Assembly (NCBI GenBank): GCA_963713925.1
Contig: OY970212.1
Location: forward strand, 352,001-416,000
Source: an uncultured bacterium
GTDB taxonomy: Bacteria; Babelota; Babeliae; Babelales; Vermiphilaceae
Direction: 5' to 3'
DNA length: 64,000 bases
Part shown: piece after piece, positions 20,401 through 29,592 of the stretch
Layout of the letters: every line of letters starts with the position of its first letter
Numbering within the stretch: position 1 is the first letter of the stretch
Notes under the pieces: generated by a model
Told to the model about the DNA's origin: nothing
Database searches by the model: none
What the model saw: the letters and a program-made list of their open reading frames with translations, nothing else
Made by a program: the position numbers and the translations under genes

Positions 20401-20488
20401 TCAACAACAGGTTTCCGATCAGACAACTCAGTTGTCACAACAACAAACTCAAATAGATGGCTTGTCTCAAAAATTGGCACAGGTTTAG
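17444..20488 (+). CDS. Secreted fibre/adhesin-like protein with NTAVG repeats and C-terminal S74 intramolecular chaperone domain
   Basis: Dozens of ~14-aa N(T/V)A(V/I)G repeats; SSLRYKENI..FGLIAEEV..V.Y..L; terminal coiled coil. Confidence 0.85.
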   Translation: MKHLILRYVLSSLLVVCGFTHAQDEQENFEKMKSSSESQSSEPLTEEIDQQAPESLIDCLNTLHACLLACVELDYQPESLEQIVQWLNDENHDEITLAELVELLVEELEATTLDDDPIAELAKKYIPQLEQNVDMLRSRSLSCGDQNAHEIDLGVSRRARMGAALRSSTFVRPTSLTTNGNLYMVHSNTASNVGFIYKNNVVFMNDLGTNSVGLGAAAGEDITTASDCTAIGANALSLNTTGSDNTAVGYNTLALCVAGGTNVAVGSQALSKTTASSTTAVGYQAGTNLTTGTQNTMLGYQALMSATGATDNTALGYQTMVNSTGGGSNVAVGSFSLQNYTSNFTVAVGHQAGQALISGNENTVIGYQAMVNSAAGAGNVVVGYQAMKNGGSSNNVAVGAQSLESCTAGNTTAVGFLAGQQLTSGSQNTMLGYDALSSSLTDSSNVAVGYEAMTNAIGGSNNVAVGVSALSNITVGNTTAVGYQAGTALTSGNQNTAVGYQALSSATTSSQNTAVGSQAMGNSTGGSQCVAVGQNALINNASGGDFNVAVGANTLSSNTSGNVNIAIGVNALDSNIAGSANLMIGDNAGASLIGGGNNIGIGRFSLNSSATGSTNVAIGEDALRAYMGSSSVAIGYQAGQTLITGSQNTILGFQAMLSSVTGAFNTAIGYQAMESATIGQNNVAVGDVAMIAASGNNNIAVGASTLVSATGSDNIGVGFQALENVSGNQNIAIGSSAAAGLSTGTKNTCVGYQALGSAVVSNFSQNTAVGWESMSNLTNGSRNCGFGDQSLQNTTGTQNCAFGSLSGENLSSGSSNIFIGAGAGQNITTTSNNIDIGNNGTLGDSGIIRIGTSGTGAGQQNQCFIAGISGSTSSGGVAVLVNASGQLGTTTSSLRYKENIADITNATEKMAALHPVQFNYKVDPIKHLEFGLIAEEVAPVIPNIVVYNDQGQIETVQYHQLPALIIKAWQELQAVVQSQQAAIATLQQQVSDQTTQLSQQQTQIDGLSQKLAQV

Positions 20489-20525
20489 GCAAATATCAAA
20501 GTGAATATTGATCAAGAATAAGACA

Positions 20526-20560
20526 AAAAGGGGTTGACTCTATAGAGTCGACCCCTTTAT
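20526..20560. terminator. Probable bidirectional terminator
   Basis: AAAGGGGTTGACTC/GAGTCGACCCCTTT stem between convergent genes. Confidence 0.7.
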
Positions 20561-20563
20561 TCT

Positions 20564-21037
20564 TCAAAGTCCCGGAATGGTATCGTTATACCGTCCACTC
20601 AGGATCGCTCGCTCGTAGATACGTGTACGGTTGTAAGAATCAATATATGCTTCACGTGCAACATCTGCCATTGTTTTCCAATAATTAGGATCATATGGAA
20701 TGTCGTTTGGAATGTAGTTGTATGGTGGGGTAGCAGTCGTAAGCTGATCGGCAGCCGGGCGCGCTGCTGGCATCGTCACATGAGCCACAGGCACTTCAGG
20801 GTTGATTGTGTTTTTGTTTTCCGCGAGAAGTTTCTCCCCGCAAAATCTAATATGCATACCAAAACCTTGTTTCATCATGGTTCTGCCACAATGCGGACAC
20901 TGTTTTTTTTCTTTTTTGGTTTTATTTTGAGCAGGGTGTGCTGCATACGAATCAACTATCGTTAAGGTAATACAATTAAGGATAATACATAAAAAGATCT
21001 TCAAATGAACTCCTCTCTCATATGAGTTTTGGGTCAA
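20564..21037 (-). CDS. Secreted hypothetical protein with C2HC zinc-finger motif
   Basis: CPHC-x11-H-x3-C; hydrophobic leader; start uncertain. Confidence 0.6.
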   Translation of the reverse strand: MTQNSYERGVHLKIFLCIILNCITLTIVDSYAAHPAQNKTKKEKKQCPHCGRTMMKQGFGMHIRFCGEKLLAENKNTINPEVPVAHVTMPAARPAADQLTTATPPYNYIPNDIPYDPNYWKTMADVAREAYIDSYNRTRIYERAILSGRYNDTIPGL

Positions 21038-21059
21038 TAATACACGGTTGAGAATTTGT

Positions 21060-21317
21060 TTATTTCTTAGTCGTAATACGCTTTATGTTATTGTCAAATA
21101 ATATCATTTTCCCGGTTTCGGCAAACTGTTGTAAGAGACATTGATGTTTCGATTTGCGGAATCTACGTATTAGTTGGCCGCAATATAAGCAGGGTTCTTT
21201 TTGAAAGCGATTTGATAGACGTGTTGCATCGTTCTCTTGATCAGTAAAACTACTGATATTCATATCCATTGAAACAAGACGGATGGTGAAAAAGAATAAA
21301 AAGAATAGTCTTTTCAT
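21060..21317 (-). CDS. Small secreted protein with CxxC-x11-HxC motif
   Basis: MKRLFFLFFF leader; CLYC...HQC. Confidence 0.55.
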   Translation of the reverse strand: MKRLFFLFFFTIRLVSMDMNISSFTDQENDATRLSNRFQKEPCLYCGQLIRRFRKSKHQCLLQQFAETGKMILFDNNIKRITTKK

Positions 21318-21338
21318 ATAAAAACTCTATTTAAAGAT

Positions 21339-21764
21339 TTATTCAGATGTATCGGAATCGGATGGGTAAACTTCTTCACGGCGTATTTTCGTTCCTGACC
21401 ATTCTGATAAGTCTTGCGCGACATCTTTTCGCACTACCCTCTTGGAACAAGCCCCTCCGCGCTCCAAACAACAGGAAGAAATTGCCGACCCATGCATAGG
21501 CCCTTCTTGAAAGACGGTCTTAACAGCCGGGGGCGTTGATACGACAACTTTTGCAACATCGGACCACGGTTGTATGTCATGCCATGAAAACGCGCGCTCG
21601 ACCTTGAACTCATCATAACGCTCAACCTGAGAACAACCGGCAAAGAAATTGGAATGAGATCGATTAGCTTTTTTTTCCGATCCGTTCGCAAAAAAAACTC
21701 CAAGAAGATGCATCGTCAAAAAAATCGTTCTTTTCATATAATTCCTCACATTTATTACGATCAC
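21339..21764 (-). CDS. Secreted hypothetical protein
   Basis: MKRTIFL leader after GAGG (probable start about 21737). Confidence 0.5.
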   Translation of the reverse strand: MIVINVRNYMKRTIFLTMHLLGVFFANGSEKKANRSHSNFFAGCSQVERYDEFKVERAFSWHDIQPWSDVAKVVVSTPPAVKTVFQEGPMHGSAISSCCLERGGACSKRVVRKDVAQDLSEWSGTKIRREEVYPSDSDTSE

Positions 21765-21897
21765 GGTATTTTAAATTAAACGAACAATTTCACAGTAAAT
21801 CATACTCTTTTTGCCATTTTTCACAACAACTGTTTTTTACAAATAGCAACATTTGCTACTATTTTAATATACCCCTTAACAATGCAAGGATTGTACT

Positions 21898-22605
21898 ATG
21901 TCTTTGTTTTATAGAATAAGCGAAAAACGACTCTATTTTCTAAGCACAACATTCACAATATTCATGTCCATTTGGATGCCACAAAGTGAAATACGTGCTC
22001 AAACCTCCAATTTTTGTAGCATTTCAGAGCCGGCCAATGTCAATATTGTCCGAACCCAGGTGTATGATTATTTCAATTCGGGTGCATATATCAAGGATAT
22101 TAGGTGTATCGCTGACCAGGCGAGAGCTTATTTGGATACGATTTCCAAGGTTACCCCGGATATGGTTGTTGTGTTTGATATTGATGAGACCATTATTTCA
22201 AATTGGGCCCACAATAAGCAGCATCAATTTATTTATCATAAAGACCTATTAAAGGCCTGGGAAGAATCGGCAGCCGCTCCTGCCATTGAGCCCATGAGAG
22301 AACTTTTTCATTACGTCCTCAAGCGTGGATTTACCATTGTTATCATAACCGGCCGAGGCCCACATACAAGAGGTTATACGCTCAAAAATCTTGAGAGCGA
22401 CGGATACTATGGATGGAAAGCACTCATATTCCGGCCGCATGGTTATCATGGTCCAAATGCTTTCTACAAAGCTGAAGTTCGTCGCCTGATTGAGCGGCGG
22501 GGGTATACCATTGTGGCAAATCTTGGGGACCAAGAGAGCGATCTGGCAGGCGGCCATGCGCGCAAGACATTTAAGTTGCCTAATCCTATGTACTACTTAC
22601 CATAA
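21898..22605 (+). CDS. HAD subfamily IIIB acid phosphatase
   Basis: FDIDET, ITGR, GDQESDL, FKLPNPMY. Confidence 0.9.
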   Translation: MSLFYRISEKRLYFLSTTFTIFMSIWMPQSEIRAQTSNFCSISEPANVNIVRTQVYDYFNSGAYIKDIRCIADQARAYLDTISKVTPDMVVVFDIDETIISNWAHNKQHQFIYHKDLLKAWEESAAAPAIEPMRELFHYVLKRGFTIVIITGRGPHTRGYTLKNLESDGYYGWKALIFRPHGYHGPNAFYKAEVRRLIERRGYTIVANLGDQESDLAGGHARKTFKLPNPMYYLP

Positions 22606-22643
22606 TGGAACACTTGGCCCACTATACAGGAGCAGGTCAAAAG

Positions 22644-23056
22644 AGCCCCGCTCCCCGCGGGAAGGGGCAAGAGTAGTTTTGCCACCACTCTTGCATCTCG
22701 GGCAATTAAGACCAAGGTCTTAATGATCCCTTCAGCCGCGCCGAGTCGGCCATACAAAATTTCTTACGAAATTTCTTCATGGCTTCCACGTCGCTCATTG
22801 GGATTTCTTTTCTTTACCAATGCGACATTATTATCCAAGCCAAATTATAATGCAACACAAATAGCTACGATGAAATAAAAAAATCTATGCAGCTTCATTC
22901 GGACCATTAAGAGATTTGTGAAACAAATCACGTGTGGTCGAACCTGAAGCGATTACAGCGGCTTCTTAAGGCAGCAGGCCTTAAGTGCCTGGATTCCAAA
23001 GGAGGTGGCAGCACCTCCTTTGGCGCTGGTCCCCGCGGAGGGGACAAAAGTTCTTT
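22644..23056. repeat. Multi-hairpin element D, copy 1
   Basis: Colinear with reverse complement of 49218-49770; long imperfect terminal inverted repeats. Confidence 0.7.
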
Positions 23057-23220
23057 GGTGCCCGCCCCTGCATAAGGGGCTTAAAACTTCTTTTGCCTAT
23101 TTGCCAATTTCATGTTACCCTTTATACCAGTATTGTTATTATTTAATAAACCCCTTTGATCCTCTTGCTTCAGGCGAAACTCAGTTCTTGAGTCACTCAA
23201 AGAAAGCACACAGTATCCAA

Positions 23221-25059
23221 ATGTCAAAAGAATTTATACGTCCTTCTCAGTTTGCGCATGTTGACGCAACTGGCCTCATCAACCATGAACAATTTGATCT
23301 GAATGATGAGCAGCTGAAAGAACTTGATGCGCTCTATTCAGGCATGTTTGCAAGCTTGAATCCGGGCAAATTGACTGTCGGTAAGGTAGTACGCGTTGAT
23401 TCAGACGGTGTACTTGTCGACATCAACTTTAAATCAAATGGTCTTATCCCTCGCTACGAATTTACTGAGCATGAATTGAAAAAATTGCAGCCGGGCGATG
23501 AGATTGAAGTGATCCTTGATGAGCTTGAAAGCGTTGACGGTGCGGTTGTTCTTTCTTATGAAAAAGCAAAAGCATTGCGCGCATGGGATCATATCACCAA
23601 GCTCTTTGAAGAAGGCAAACCAGTTGAAGGTGTCGTTACCCATAAAGTTAAAGGCGGTCTTAACGTCGATGTGGGCATTCCTGCATTCTTGCCAGGTTCA
23701 CAAATCGATCTTCAACGCGTTATGGATTTTGATCAATATGTTGGTCAAACCATCACTGCAAACATTTTGAAATTAAATCAAAAGCGTGGAAACATTATCA
23801 TTTCCCGTCGTAAATATCTTGCAGATCAACGCAGTGAAACACGTAAACAAATCCTTGATACACTCAAAGAAGGTCAAGTGATCCAAGGTCAAGTTAAAAA
23901 CATTACGAACTATGGTGTGTTTATTGACATCGGCGGTGTTGACGGATTGCTCCATATCACCGATATGACTTGGGGACGCATTTCACATCCAAGCGAACTT
24001 GTGAAAGTCGGACAAACACTCACCGTTAAAGTGTTATCGTTTGACAAATCAAATGAGAAAATTTCCCTTGGCTTGAAACAGCTTTCTGATAACCCATGGC
24101 AAAAAGTTGCTGAAACCTTAACGGTCGGCAGCAAAGTCAAAGGTAAAATTTCAAGCATCACCGATTATGGTCTTTTTGTTGAAGTGCAAAAAGGTGTTGA
24201 AGGATTGGTGCACATTTCTGAAATTTCATGGACTGATCGCATCAATGATTTGACTCACAAATACAAAGTTGGTCAAGAAATTGAAGCGCTTGTTGTTTCT
24301 ATTGATCCTGCAAACCGACGCATGTCATTGAGCATTAAGCAACTTGAGAAGAATCCTTGGGAAACAATTGATACACAGTTTGCAGTTGGTCAAAAGATCA
24401 AAGGCACTGTGAGCAACGTTACTGATTTCGGTATTTTCGTGCAACTATTGCCGGGAATCGACGGATTGGTGCATATTTCAGACCTTTCATGGACTGAGCA
24501 TATCAATCATCCGAGCGATATGTTCAAAAAAGGTCAAGAAGTTGAAGCTGTTATTCTTGGCATCGATAAAGAAAACAAGAAGATCTCATTGGGCATTAAG
24601 CAGTTGGCTCAAGATCCATGGGATGCTATTGAACAAGAATATAAAGTCGGCTCAATCATTGATGGCGAAGTTTCAAAGATTACCAACTTCGGTGCGTTTG
24701 TAAAACTGAAAAACGGCGTTGAAGGATTGGTTCATATTTCTGAGCTTTCCGATCAGACCGTTGAAAAAGTTGAAGATGTGCTCAAGGTTGGTCAAATCGC
24801 GCAATTCAGAGTCATCAATGTTAACAAAGCGGATCGCAAGATTGGCCTCAGCCTTAAGTTAAATCCTTCAGCAAGTGATGTGAAGAAAGAAACACGTCAA
24901 TTCAAAAAATCTGAAGAAAAACCTTACAAAGCTCCTGCTGCAGGTAAAAAAGAAAAACCTGTAAAAGAAGAAACAAAGGTTAAGAGCATGTTGCAACTTG
25001 AGCTTGAACGTCACGCTGCTCGCCAAAAAAACTCTTCAGATGATGAATCAGGAGAATAA
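23221..25059 (+). CDS. rpsA: 30S ribosomal protein S1
   Basis: Six S1 repeats (DGLLHITD, EGLVHISE); start moved to ATG 23221. Confidence 0.96.
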   Translation: MSKEFIRPSQFAHVDATGLINHEQFDLNDEQLKELDALYSGMFASLNPGKLTVGKVVRVDSDGVLVDINFKSNGLIPRYEFTEHELKKLQPGDEIEVILDELESVDGAVVLSYEKAKALRAWDHITKLFEEGKPVEGVVTHKVKGGLNVDVGIPAFLPGSQIDLQRVMDFDQYVGQTITANILKLNQKRGNIIISRRKYLADQRSETRKQILDTLKEGQVIQGQVKNITNYGVFIDIGGVDGLLHITDMTWGRISHPSELVKVGQTLTVKVLSFDKSNEKISLGLKQLSDNPWQKVAETLTVGSKVKGKISSITDYGLFVEVQKGVEGLVHISEISWTDRINDLTHKYKVGQEIEALVVSIDPANRRMSLSIKQLEKNPWETIDTQFAVGQKIKGTVSNVTDFGIFVQLLPGIDGLVHISDLSWTEHINHPSDMFKKGQEVEAVILGIDKENKKISLGIKQLAQDPWDAIEQEYKVGSIIDGEVSKITNFGAFVKLKNGVEGLVHISELSDQTVEKVEDVLKVGQIAQFRVINVNKADRKIGLSLKLNPSASDVKKETRQFKKSEEKPYKAPAAGKKEKPVKEETKVKSMLQLELERHAARQKNSSDDESGE

Positions 25060-25061
25060 GC

Positions 25062-25487
25062 ATGGCACGCGAAATGACATTTGCTATGATCAAGCCTGAT
25101 GCTGTCTCAAAAGGACATATTGGGCAAATCGTTGACGCAATCGAAAAAGCGGGTTTCAACATCGTTCATATGAAAAAGATTCATATGAGCAAAGACATGG
25201 CACATAAGCTTTATGAAGAACATAAAGAACGTCCCTTCTTTGGCGAAATGGTTTCGTTTATCACATCAGGTCCTGTTGTTTTGATGGCTCTTGAAAAAGA
25301 AGATGCTATTAAAGGCTGGCGCGAGCTGATGGGAGCAACAAACCCAACGCAAGCAGAACCGGGAACATTGCGTAAACGCTTTGGAGCATCCATTGGAAAC
25401 AATGCGGTGCACGGCTCAGACAAGCCTGAATCGGCAGCTCGAGAGCTCGGCATATTTTTTGCCCATGAGCTTGAGGCAATGAGCTAA
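25062..25487 (+). CDS. ndk: Nucleoside diphosphate kinase
   Basis: IKPDAV, NAVHGSD. Confidence 0.97.
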   Translation: MAREMTFAMIKPDAVSKGHIGQIVDAIEKAGFNIVHMKKIHMSKDMAHKLYEEHKERPFFGEMVSFITSGPVVLMALEKEDAIKGWRELMGATNPTQAEPGTLRKRFGASIGNNAVHGSDKPESAARELGIFFAHELEAMS

Positions 25488-25505
25488 GACAATTTTGTTA
25501 TTAGG

Positions 25506-25545
25506 GAGAGCGAATGTCACAGAGGTGGCATTCGCTCTTTTTTTA
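25506..25545 (+). terminator. Intrinsic terminator after rpsA-ndk
   Basis: GAGCGAATGTCAC/GTGGCATTCGCTC stem plus T run. Confidence 0.75.
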
Positions 25546-25581
25546 TCTCCACATAAAGGTGCGGGAGTTTTGGAGGATTAC

Positions 25582-26076
25582 ATGAACTATTCTTTTACGA
25601 AATATATCGTTATATTACCCATCTTTTTTTTGAATGTGCTTGATGCAAGTTTTATCAGAGAGCATCGTTCTCCCACTGTTGTAATAAAAAACAGTTCTCA
25701 AGGGGAATATGAGGTAGATATATATAATATGAGTACGAAACCTTTTATGTCCGTTCATATTTATGCGGCGCATACAAATAAGACCATTGCGGAGATAACC
25801 GGCTATTTTGGAGTTGGAGCTCGTAATTATTTGGCATATGCTATAAACAAGCTTCCGGATATACAACGTCATGCGACAGGTAAGAATTTTATAAAAACAG
25901 AAGTATTTATTCGTAATCTTAAATGTCGTGCCAACAAAGCGATAATCACAGAAGCATTCGAACCAAAAAAACCAAACATATGTGAGGATGGTTTTATCGC
26001 ATACACTCTCGACAAAAATGATTTCCCATTCATTCCTCCGGTCTTTCGAATTGAATCACTTGATAACATAAAATAA
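25582..26076 (+). CDS. Secreted hypothetical protein
   Basis: GGAGG RBS before ATG 25582; hydrophobic leader. Confidence 0.65.
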   Translation: MNYSFTKYIVILPIFFLNVLDASFIREHRSPTVVIKNSSQGEYEVDIYNMSTKPFMSVHIYAAHTNKTIAEITGYFGVGARNYLAYAINKLPDIQRHATGKNFIKTEVFIRNLKCRANKAIITEAFEPKKPNICEDGFIAYTLDKNDFPFIPPVFRIESLDNIK

Positions 26077-26090
26077 AAGAAAGTTGTTAC

Positions 26091-26810
26091 ATGAAAAACA
26101 TATTGTTCATCACATTGGTGAGCTTTTTTACAATCATTGTATATGCTGCGGATAATTCACGTGTTGTCATAAAAGGCGGAAAATCAACAGGGCGCTTTGC
26201 TAATGCTCAATCAACACAACCTTCTCGTTCACCAGGATTGAGAAACGACTTGGATTCTCAGCCTCGTCCACCAGTATCAGTAAGCAACTTGGATTCTCGG
26301 CCTAGTGTGCCAGTATCCGGAAACAACTTGGATTCACAGCAGCCGGATAATTTTTCCGGGCCATATGATTCGTTTTGGTATACACATTGTTTGCAAGTCA
26401 TGAAGAGAAAGCAGAGCGGCGCAGATCACGATGATTCTCAAGTTGAATGCGATCTTATGCTAGAGCATTCCTCTGGACATCGCTTTGCTCTTTTATCAAC
26501 AGAAATAATCAAAGTTTCTATAATGAATGACTCGGGGTACACGAGTTTGCCGCTTTTGAGAGAGCTCGAGCGTTCAGAATTGGCAAAAAAACATGAAGAT
26601 ATTGTTCCCGCTTTGTTTTCGCGCGCTCTTGATGCGATTTCTTCCAATTATTTCATTGCAGAAAAAAAGTGCGAAGAGAGCTTTAAACGATTTGGTTGTC
26701 GCATGCAACACGAGCATCCATTTCAGTTGAATGCAAAATATGCTCTTTTTTATGTTGATCACAAGCTAAAACTTGGTCGTCTTATACAAAATGGTATCAT
26801 TATACAATGA
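26091..26810 (+). CDS. Secreted hypothetical protein with three short (N/D)LDS repeats
   Basis: Signal peptide; ~13-aa tandem units around 26244-26340. Confidence 0.65.
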   Translation: MKNILFITLVSFFTIIVYAADNSRVVIKGGKSTGRFANAQSTQPSRSPGLRNDLDSQPRPPVSVSNLDSRPSVPVSGNNLDSQQPDNFSGPYDSFWYTHCLQVMKRKQSGADHDDSQVECDLMLEHSSGHRFALLSTEIIKVSIMNDSGYTSLPLLRELERSELAKKHEDIVPALFSRALDAISSNYFIAEKKCEESFKRFGCRMQHEHPFQLNAKYALFYVDHKLKLGRLIQNGIIIQ

Positions 26811-27286
26811 TTAAAAAAATGCTCATCTTAACAATTGCTTTTTTGACGCAGCACATTCATTCATCCAGCTGGATTGAAACGTTGCTTCCTGATGGCTCAC
26901 GATTGAAAAATGAATACACCAAAGAACAACAGCGATTGCGCGATTACAAACCAAAACGATTGGATGAAGTCGAAACGAAACCCACCGTTTTACAATGTTT
27001 TAATCAGTGGCTTGGAATTCAATATGAACACAGAGAATACAAAGACATTCCATTGGATGAGATCATCAAAGTTGTTTCATTATGCCTACCAAACACGCGC
27101 GGCTATCTTAGAGCAAAAGAAGTAGGTTATGTTGAAAAAATACTACGAGTGCCACAACCAAGAGAGCCTTGGCGTCCACGATCCATCGCGATTAAAGAGA
27201 TTGATATACATCTCAATCCGCATATAGAAGGCACAAACGTTCTTGTATCTTCACAAGGATCTGGGCTTACTAAAAGCAATGGATAA
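26807..27286 (+). CDS. Secreted hypothetical protein
   Basis: ATGA overlap with previous gene; signal peptide. Confidence 0.65.
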   Translation: MIKKMLILTIAFLTQHIHSSSWIETLLPDGSRLKNEYTKEQQRLRDYKPKRLDEVETKPTVLQCFNQWLGIQYEHREYKDIPLDEIIKVVSLCLPNTRGYLRAKEVGYVEKILRVPQPREPWRPRSIAIKEIDIHLNPHIEGTNVLVSSQGSGLTKSNG

Positions 27287-27297
27287 AAAAAGATGCG

Positions 27298-27954
27298 TTA
27301 ATCACGTTTTGATAGGAGTCGCTCATAGGCGGCTCCTATATTTTTTGAACTGAAAATGGCCTTTGCAACCCCGAACGATTCAACGCCCACCGCTGATAAC
27401 CGTGCACTATTTTGTTCATTTATGCCGCCATCAACTCCAATTTCGAACTTCAGTGTATGCTTCGAGCGATAAGCGACTAGCTCTTCAATCCTATTGAAAG
27501 TTTCGGGTAAAAATGACTGCCCCGATCGCCCTGGTTCGACAGACATCACAAGTATATGGTCAATGCCTCCCGCATAGGGGAACAGATGTTCTAGGGGTGT
27601 TTTTGGGCTTATCGCGAGCGACGCTCTTAATTTTTTTTCTTTTATAACTTTTATAATATTTTCGATGCTTTCTTTGGTTTCAATGTGAAAAGAAATGATG
27701 GAATGTGTCGGCACTGTTATTTTTTCTATATACCACTGTGGGTTTGTCACCATTAAATGAACCCACTGTTGCGGAGCTTTGCTTTTTTTTGCGATTGCGT
27801 TAATAAAATCAGGCCCCCAGGTCAGATTTGGCACAAAATGGCCATCCATCACATCGAGATGATATCCGGGAACATATGGATCAAGTAGGCCAATCACTTG
27901 TTCCAAATTTAAAAGATCTGCGCTGATAAGAGAGGGATATATCTTCGGTACCAT
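27298..27954 (-). CDS. rpe: Ribulose-phosphate 3-epimerase
   Basis: HLDVMDGHFVPNLT, MSVEPG, VDGGIN. Confidence 0.96.
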   Translation of the reverse strand: MVPKIYPSLISADLLNLEQVIGLLDPYVPGYHLDVMDGHFVPNLTWGPDFINAIAKKSKAPQQWVHLMVTNPQWYIEKITVPTHSIISFHIETKESIENIIKVIKEKKLRASLAISPKTPLEHLFPYAGGIDHILVMSVEPGRSGQSFLPETFNRIEELVAYRSKHTLKFEIGVDGGINEQNSARLSAVGVESFGVAKAIFSSKNIGAAYERLLSKRD

Positions 27955-28183
27955 TCTTAAACTCCTATTTCATCCCGAATTTTCAAGCAATCTCCGAACT
28001 CGGGAGGTTATTTTTTCGATCAGTATAGCCTTAGAGAATTGGTTTGGCCACTCCGTTTCGAGCGGCTTACAGCGACCTTGTTGCCTATCGGTAAAACGGC
28101 TATACTGATGGAATACCCCCGATGTAACTTTGTTGGGGGGGGCCGAAAACATCGGTTTCAACCGTCAATTATATGGAGACGTT

Positions 28184-28660
28184 ATGCAATTCAACCCTGT
28201 CGTAAACAAGGTTGCCATGCTTATTTTGATGCAACCGGATTTGGACAAAGCGATAGCTTTTTATCAAGAATTGGGCATACCCCTTAAATTTCGTATGAAA
28301 GATACCTGGGCTGAATTTGAGCTCGATGGTATTAAAATAGGTCTTTGCCAAACCCATCACGAGGCTCAAGATAATCGAACCGGCATTGTGTTGCAGGTAG
28401 AAGACCTACCGAATTTGTATGAGCATATGAAGGGAAAAATAGCCTTTTTAAGCGAGCCGGTAAGTGCGGCGCATGGCATTATGACCAGCATTAAAGACCC
28501 GGGTGGCAACATCTTGGATATTTATCAACCGACTCCCGAACGCTTAAAAGAAGCCCTTGATAAAGCCGCTCGAGAAGCAGAGCAAACCGCCCAGGCTGAT
28601 CAATGCTGTAAGCCTCAAGGTTGCTGTAAAAATGATGACCAAAAAGTTGGTTGTTGTTAA
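28184..28660 (+). CDS. VOC/glyoxalase family protein with Cys-rich tail
   Basis: DLDKAIAFYQ.LG, KDPGGNIL; GGAG RBS. Confidence 0.85.
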   Translation: MQFNPVVNKVAMLILMQPDLDKAIAFYQELGIPLKFRMKDTWAEFELDGIKIGLCQTHHEAQDNRTGIVLQVEDLPNLYEHMKGKIAFLSEPVSAAHGIMTSIKDPGGNILDIYQPTPERLKEALDKAAREAEQTAQADQCCKPQGCCKNDDQKVGCC

Positions 28661-28906
28661 AAATTTTTAAAGTGGGAAAAAAGAGCAATAATAAGCTGTT
28701 TTTCTGATATCAGCTACCATAAAATTAGAAAAAATGTTGAGTGTGTTGCTATCAGATAAAATAAGTTGAATTTGTTAGATTTTTTCCTATAATATTGGTA
28801 ATAGTTAATGTGAAGCCCCTTTTATTTTCGGGGCCCCCAATGAAAGCATTATGCAGCGCCATACTGAGAAGTGAGGCGTCATCGGGGTATCTATAAGGAG
28901 TTTATT

Positions 28907-29194
28907 ATGTTCGAGAAATTTCGTCCTCTTGGCGACCGTGTGTTGATTCAAAGAATAGAAGAACAAGAAAGAACAGCTTCCGGGCTTTATATCCCTGATG
29001 CCGCAAAAGAAAAGGCGCAAACCGGCCGTGTAGTTGCCGTAGGAAATGGGAAAACCACCAATGATGGCAGAGTCATTCCAATGGCTGTTAAAGCTGGAGA
29101 CACCGTCTATTTTGGTAAATATGCCGGCACCGAAACAGGCAAAGATCATTTGGTTCTTCGTGAAGATGAAATTTTAGGTATTGTAGAAAAATAA
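28907..29194 (+). CDS. groES: Co-chaperonin GroES
   Basis: [25 protein letters not shown]. Confidence 0.97.
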   Translation: MFEKFRPLGDRVLIQRIEEQERTASGLYIPDAAKEKAQTGRVVAVGNGKTTNDGRVIPMAVKAGDTVYFGKYAGTETGKDHLVLREDEILGIVEK

Positions 29195-29211
29195 AAAACA
29201 AAGGGGACGCC

Positions 29212-29583
29212 ATGAAAAGAATAGTATTGAGCCTTGCACTCATAGCATCAACAGCTCTTTTTGGTAGCGAAAGCGGTAAAAAAGTGTCTGTGTTTGGGTG
29301 CCAAACCTTTATGAGTAAGTGCAAAAATCAAGCGATTGCGGGGATTAGTTCGAGATTTGCACCAATCAAGCAAAAAATGGCTGAGGCTCAGCACCATGAA
29401 GAAGCTCTCTTCAAGTTCAAGGCGAATGCGCTTCGTTCCATGTTTGCAAACAACAATGTCGCGCAAAAAGTGGCGCAAGCACAACATCATGAAGACTTGC
29501 TTATGAAACATCAGGCTACGGCAGTTCGTTCTTTTGCCGTTACATTTGTGGATCGTTACAAAGGCATTACACAGGTGCACTAA
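29212..29583 (+). CDS. Secreted hypothetical protein with duplicated QK.A.AQHHE motif
   Basis: Signal peptide; internal repeat. Confidence 0.7.
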   Translation: MKRIVLSLALIASTALFGSESGKKVSVFGCQTFMSKCKNQAIAGISSRFAPIKQKMAEAQHHEEALFKFKANALRSMFANNNVAQKVAQAQHHEDLLMKHQATAVRSFAVTFVDRYKGITQVH

Positions 29584-29592
29584 GGCTAGAAT

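Noticed and set aside
17444..20488. Prophage tail fibre region
   Set aside because: No other phage genes nearby, and the protein has a signal peptide.
23005..23220. Long N-terminal extensions in the ORF track (rpsA, ftsA, recD2, rlmB, groES, proS, 42533..43792)
   Set aside because: Several run through repeats; downstream starts match where homology or signal peptides begin and several have an RBS.
28690..28906. CIRCE operator upstream of groES (also looked for upstream of dnaJ)
   Set aside because: No TTAGCACTC-N9-GAGTGCTAA match seen.
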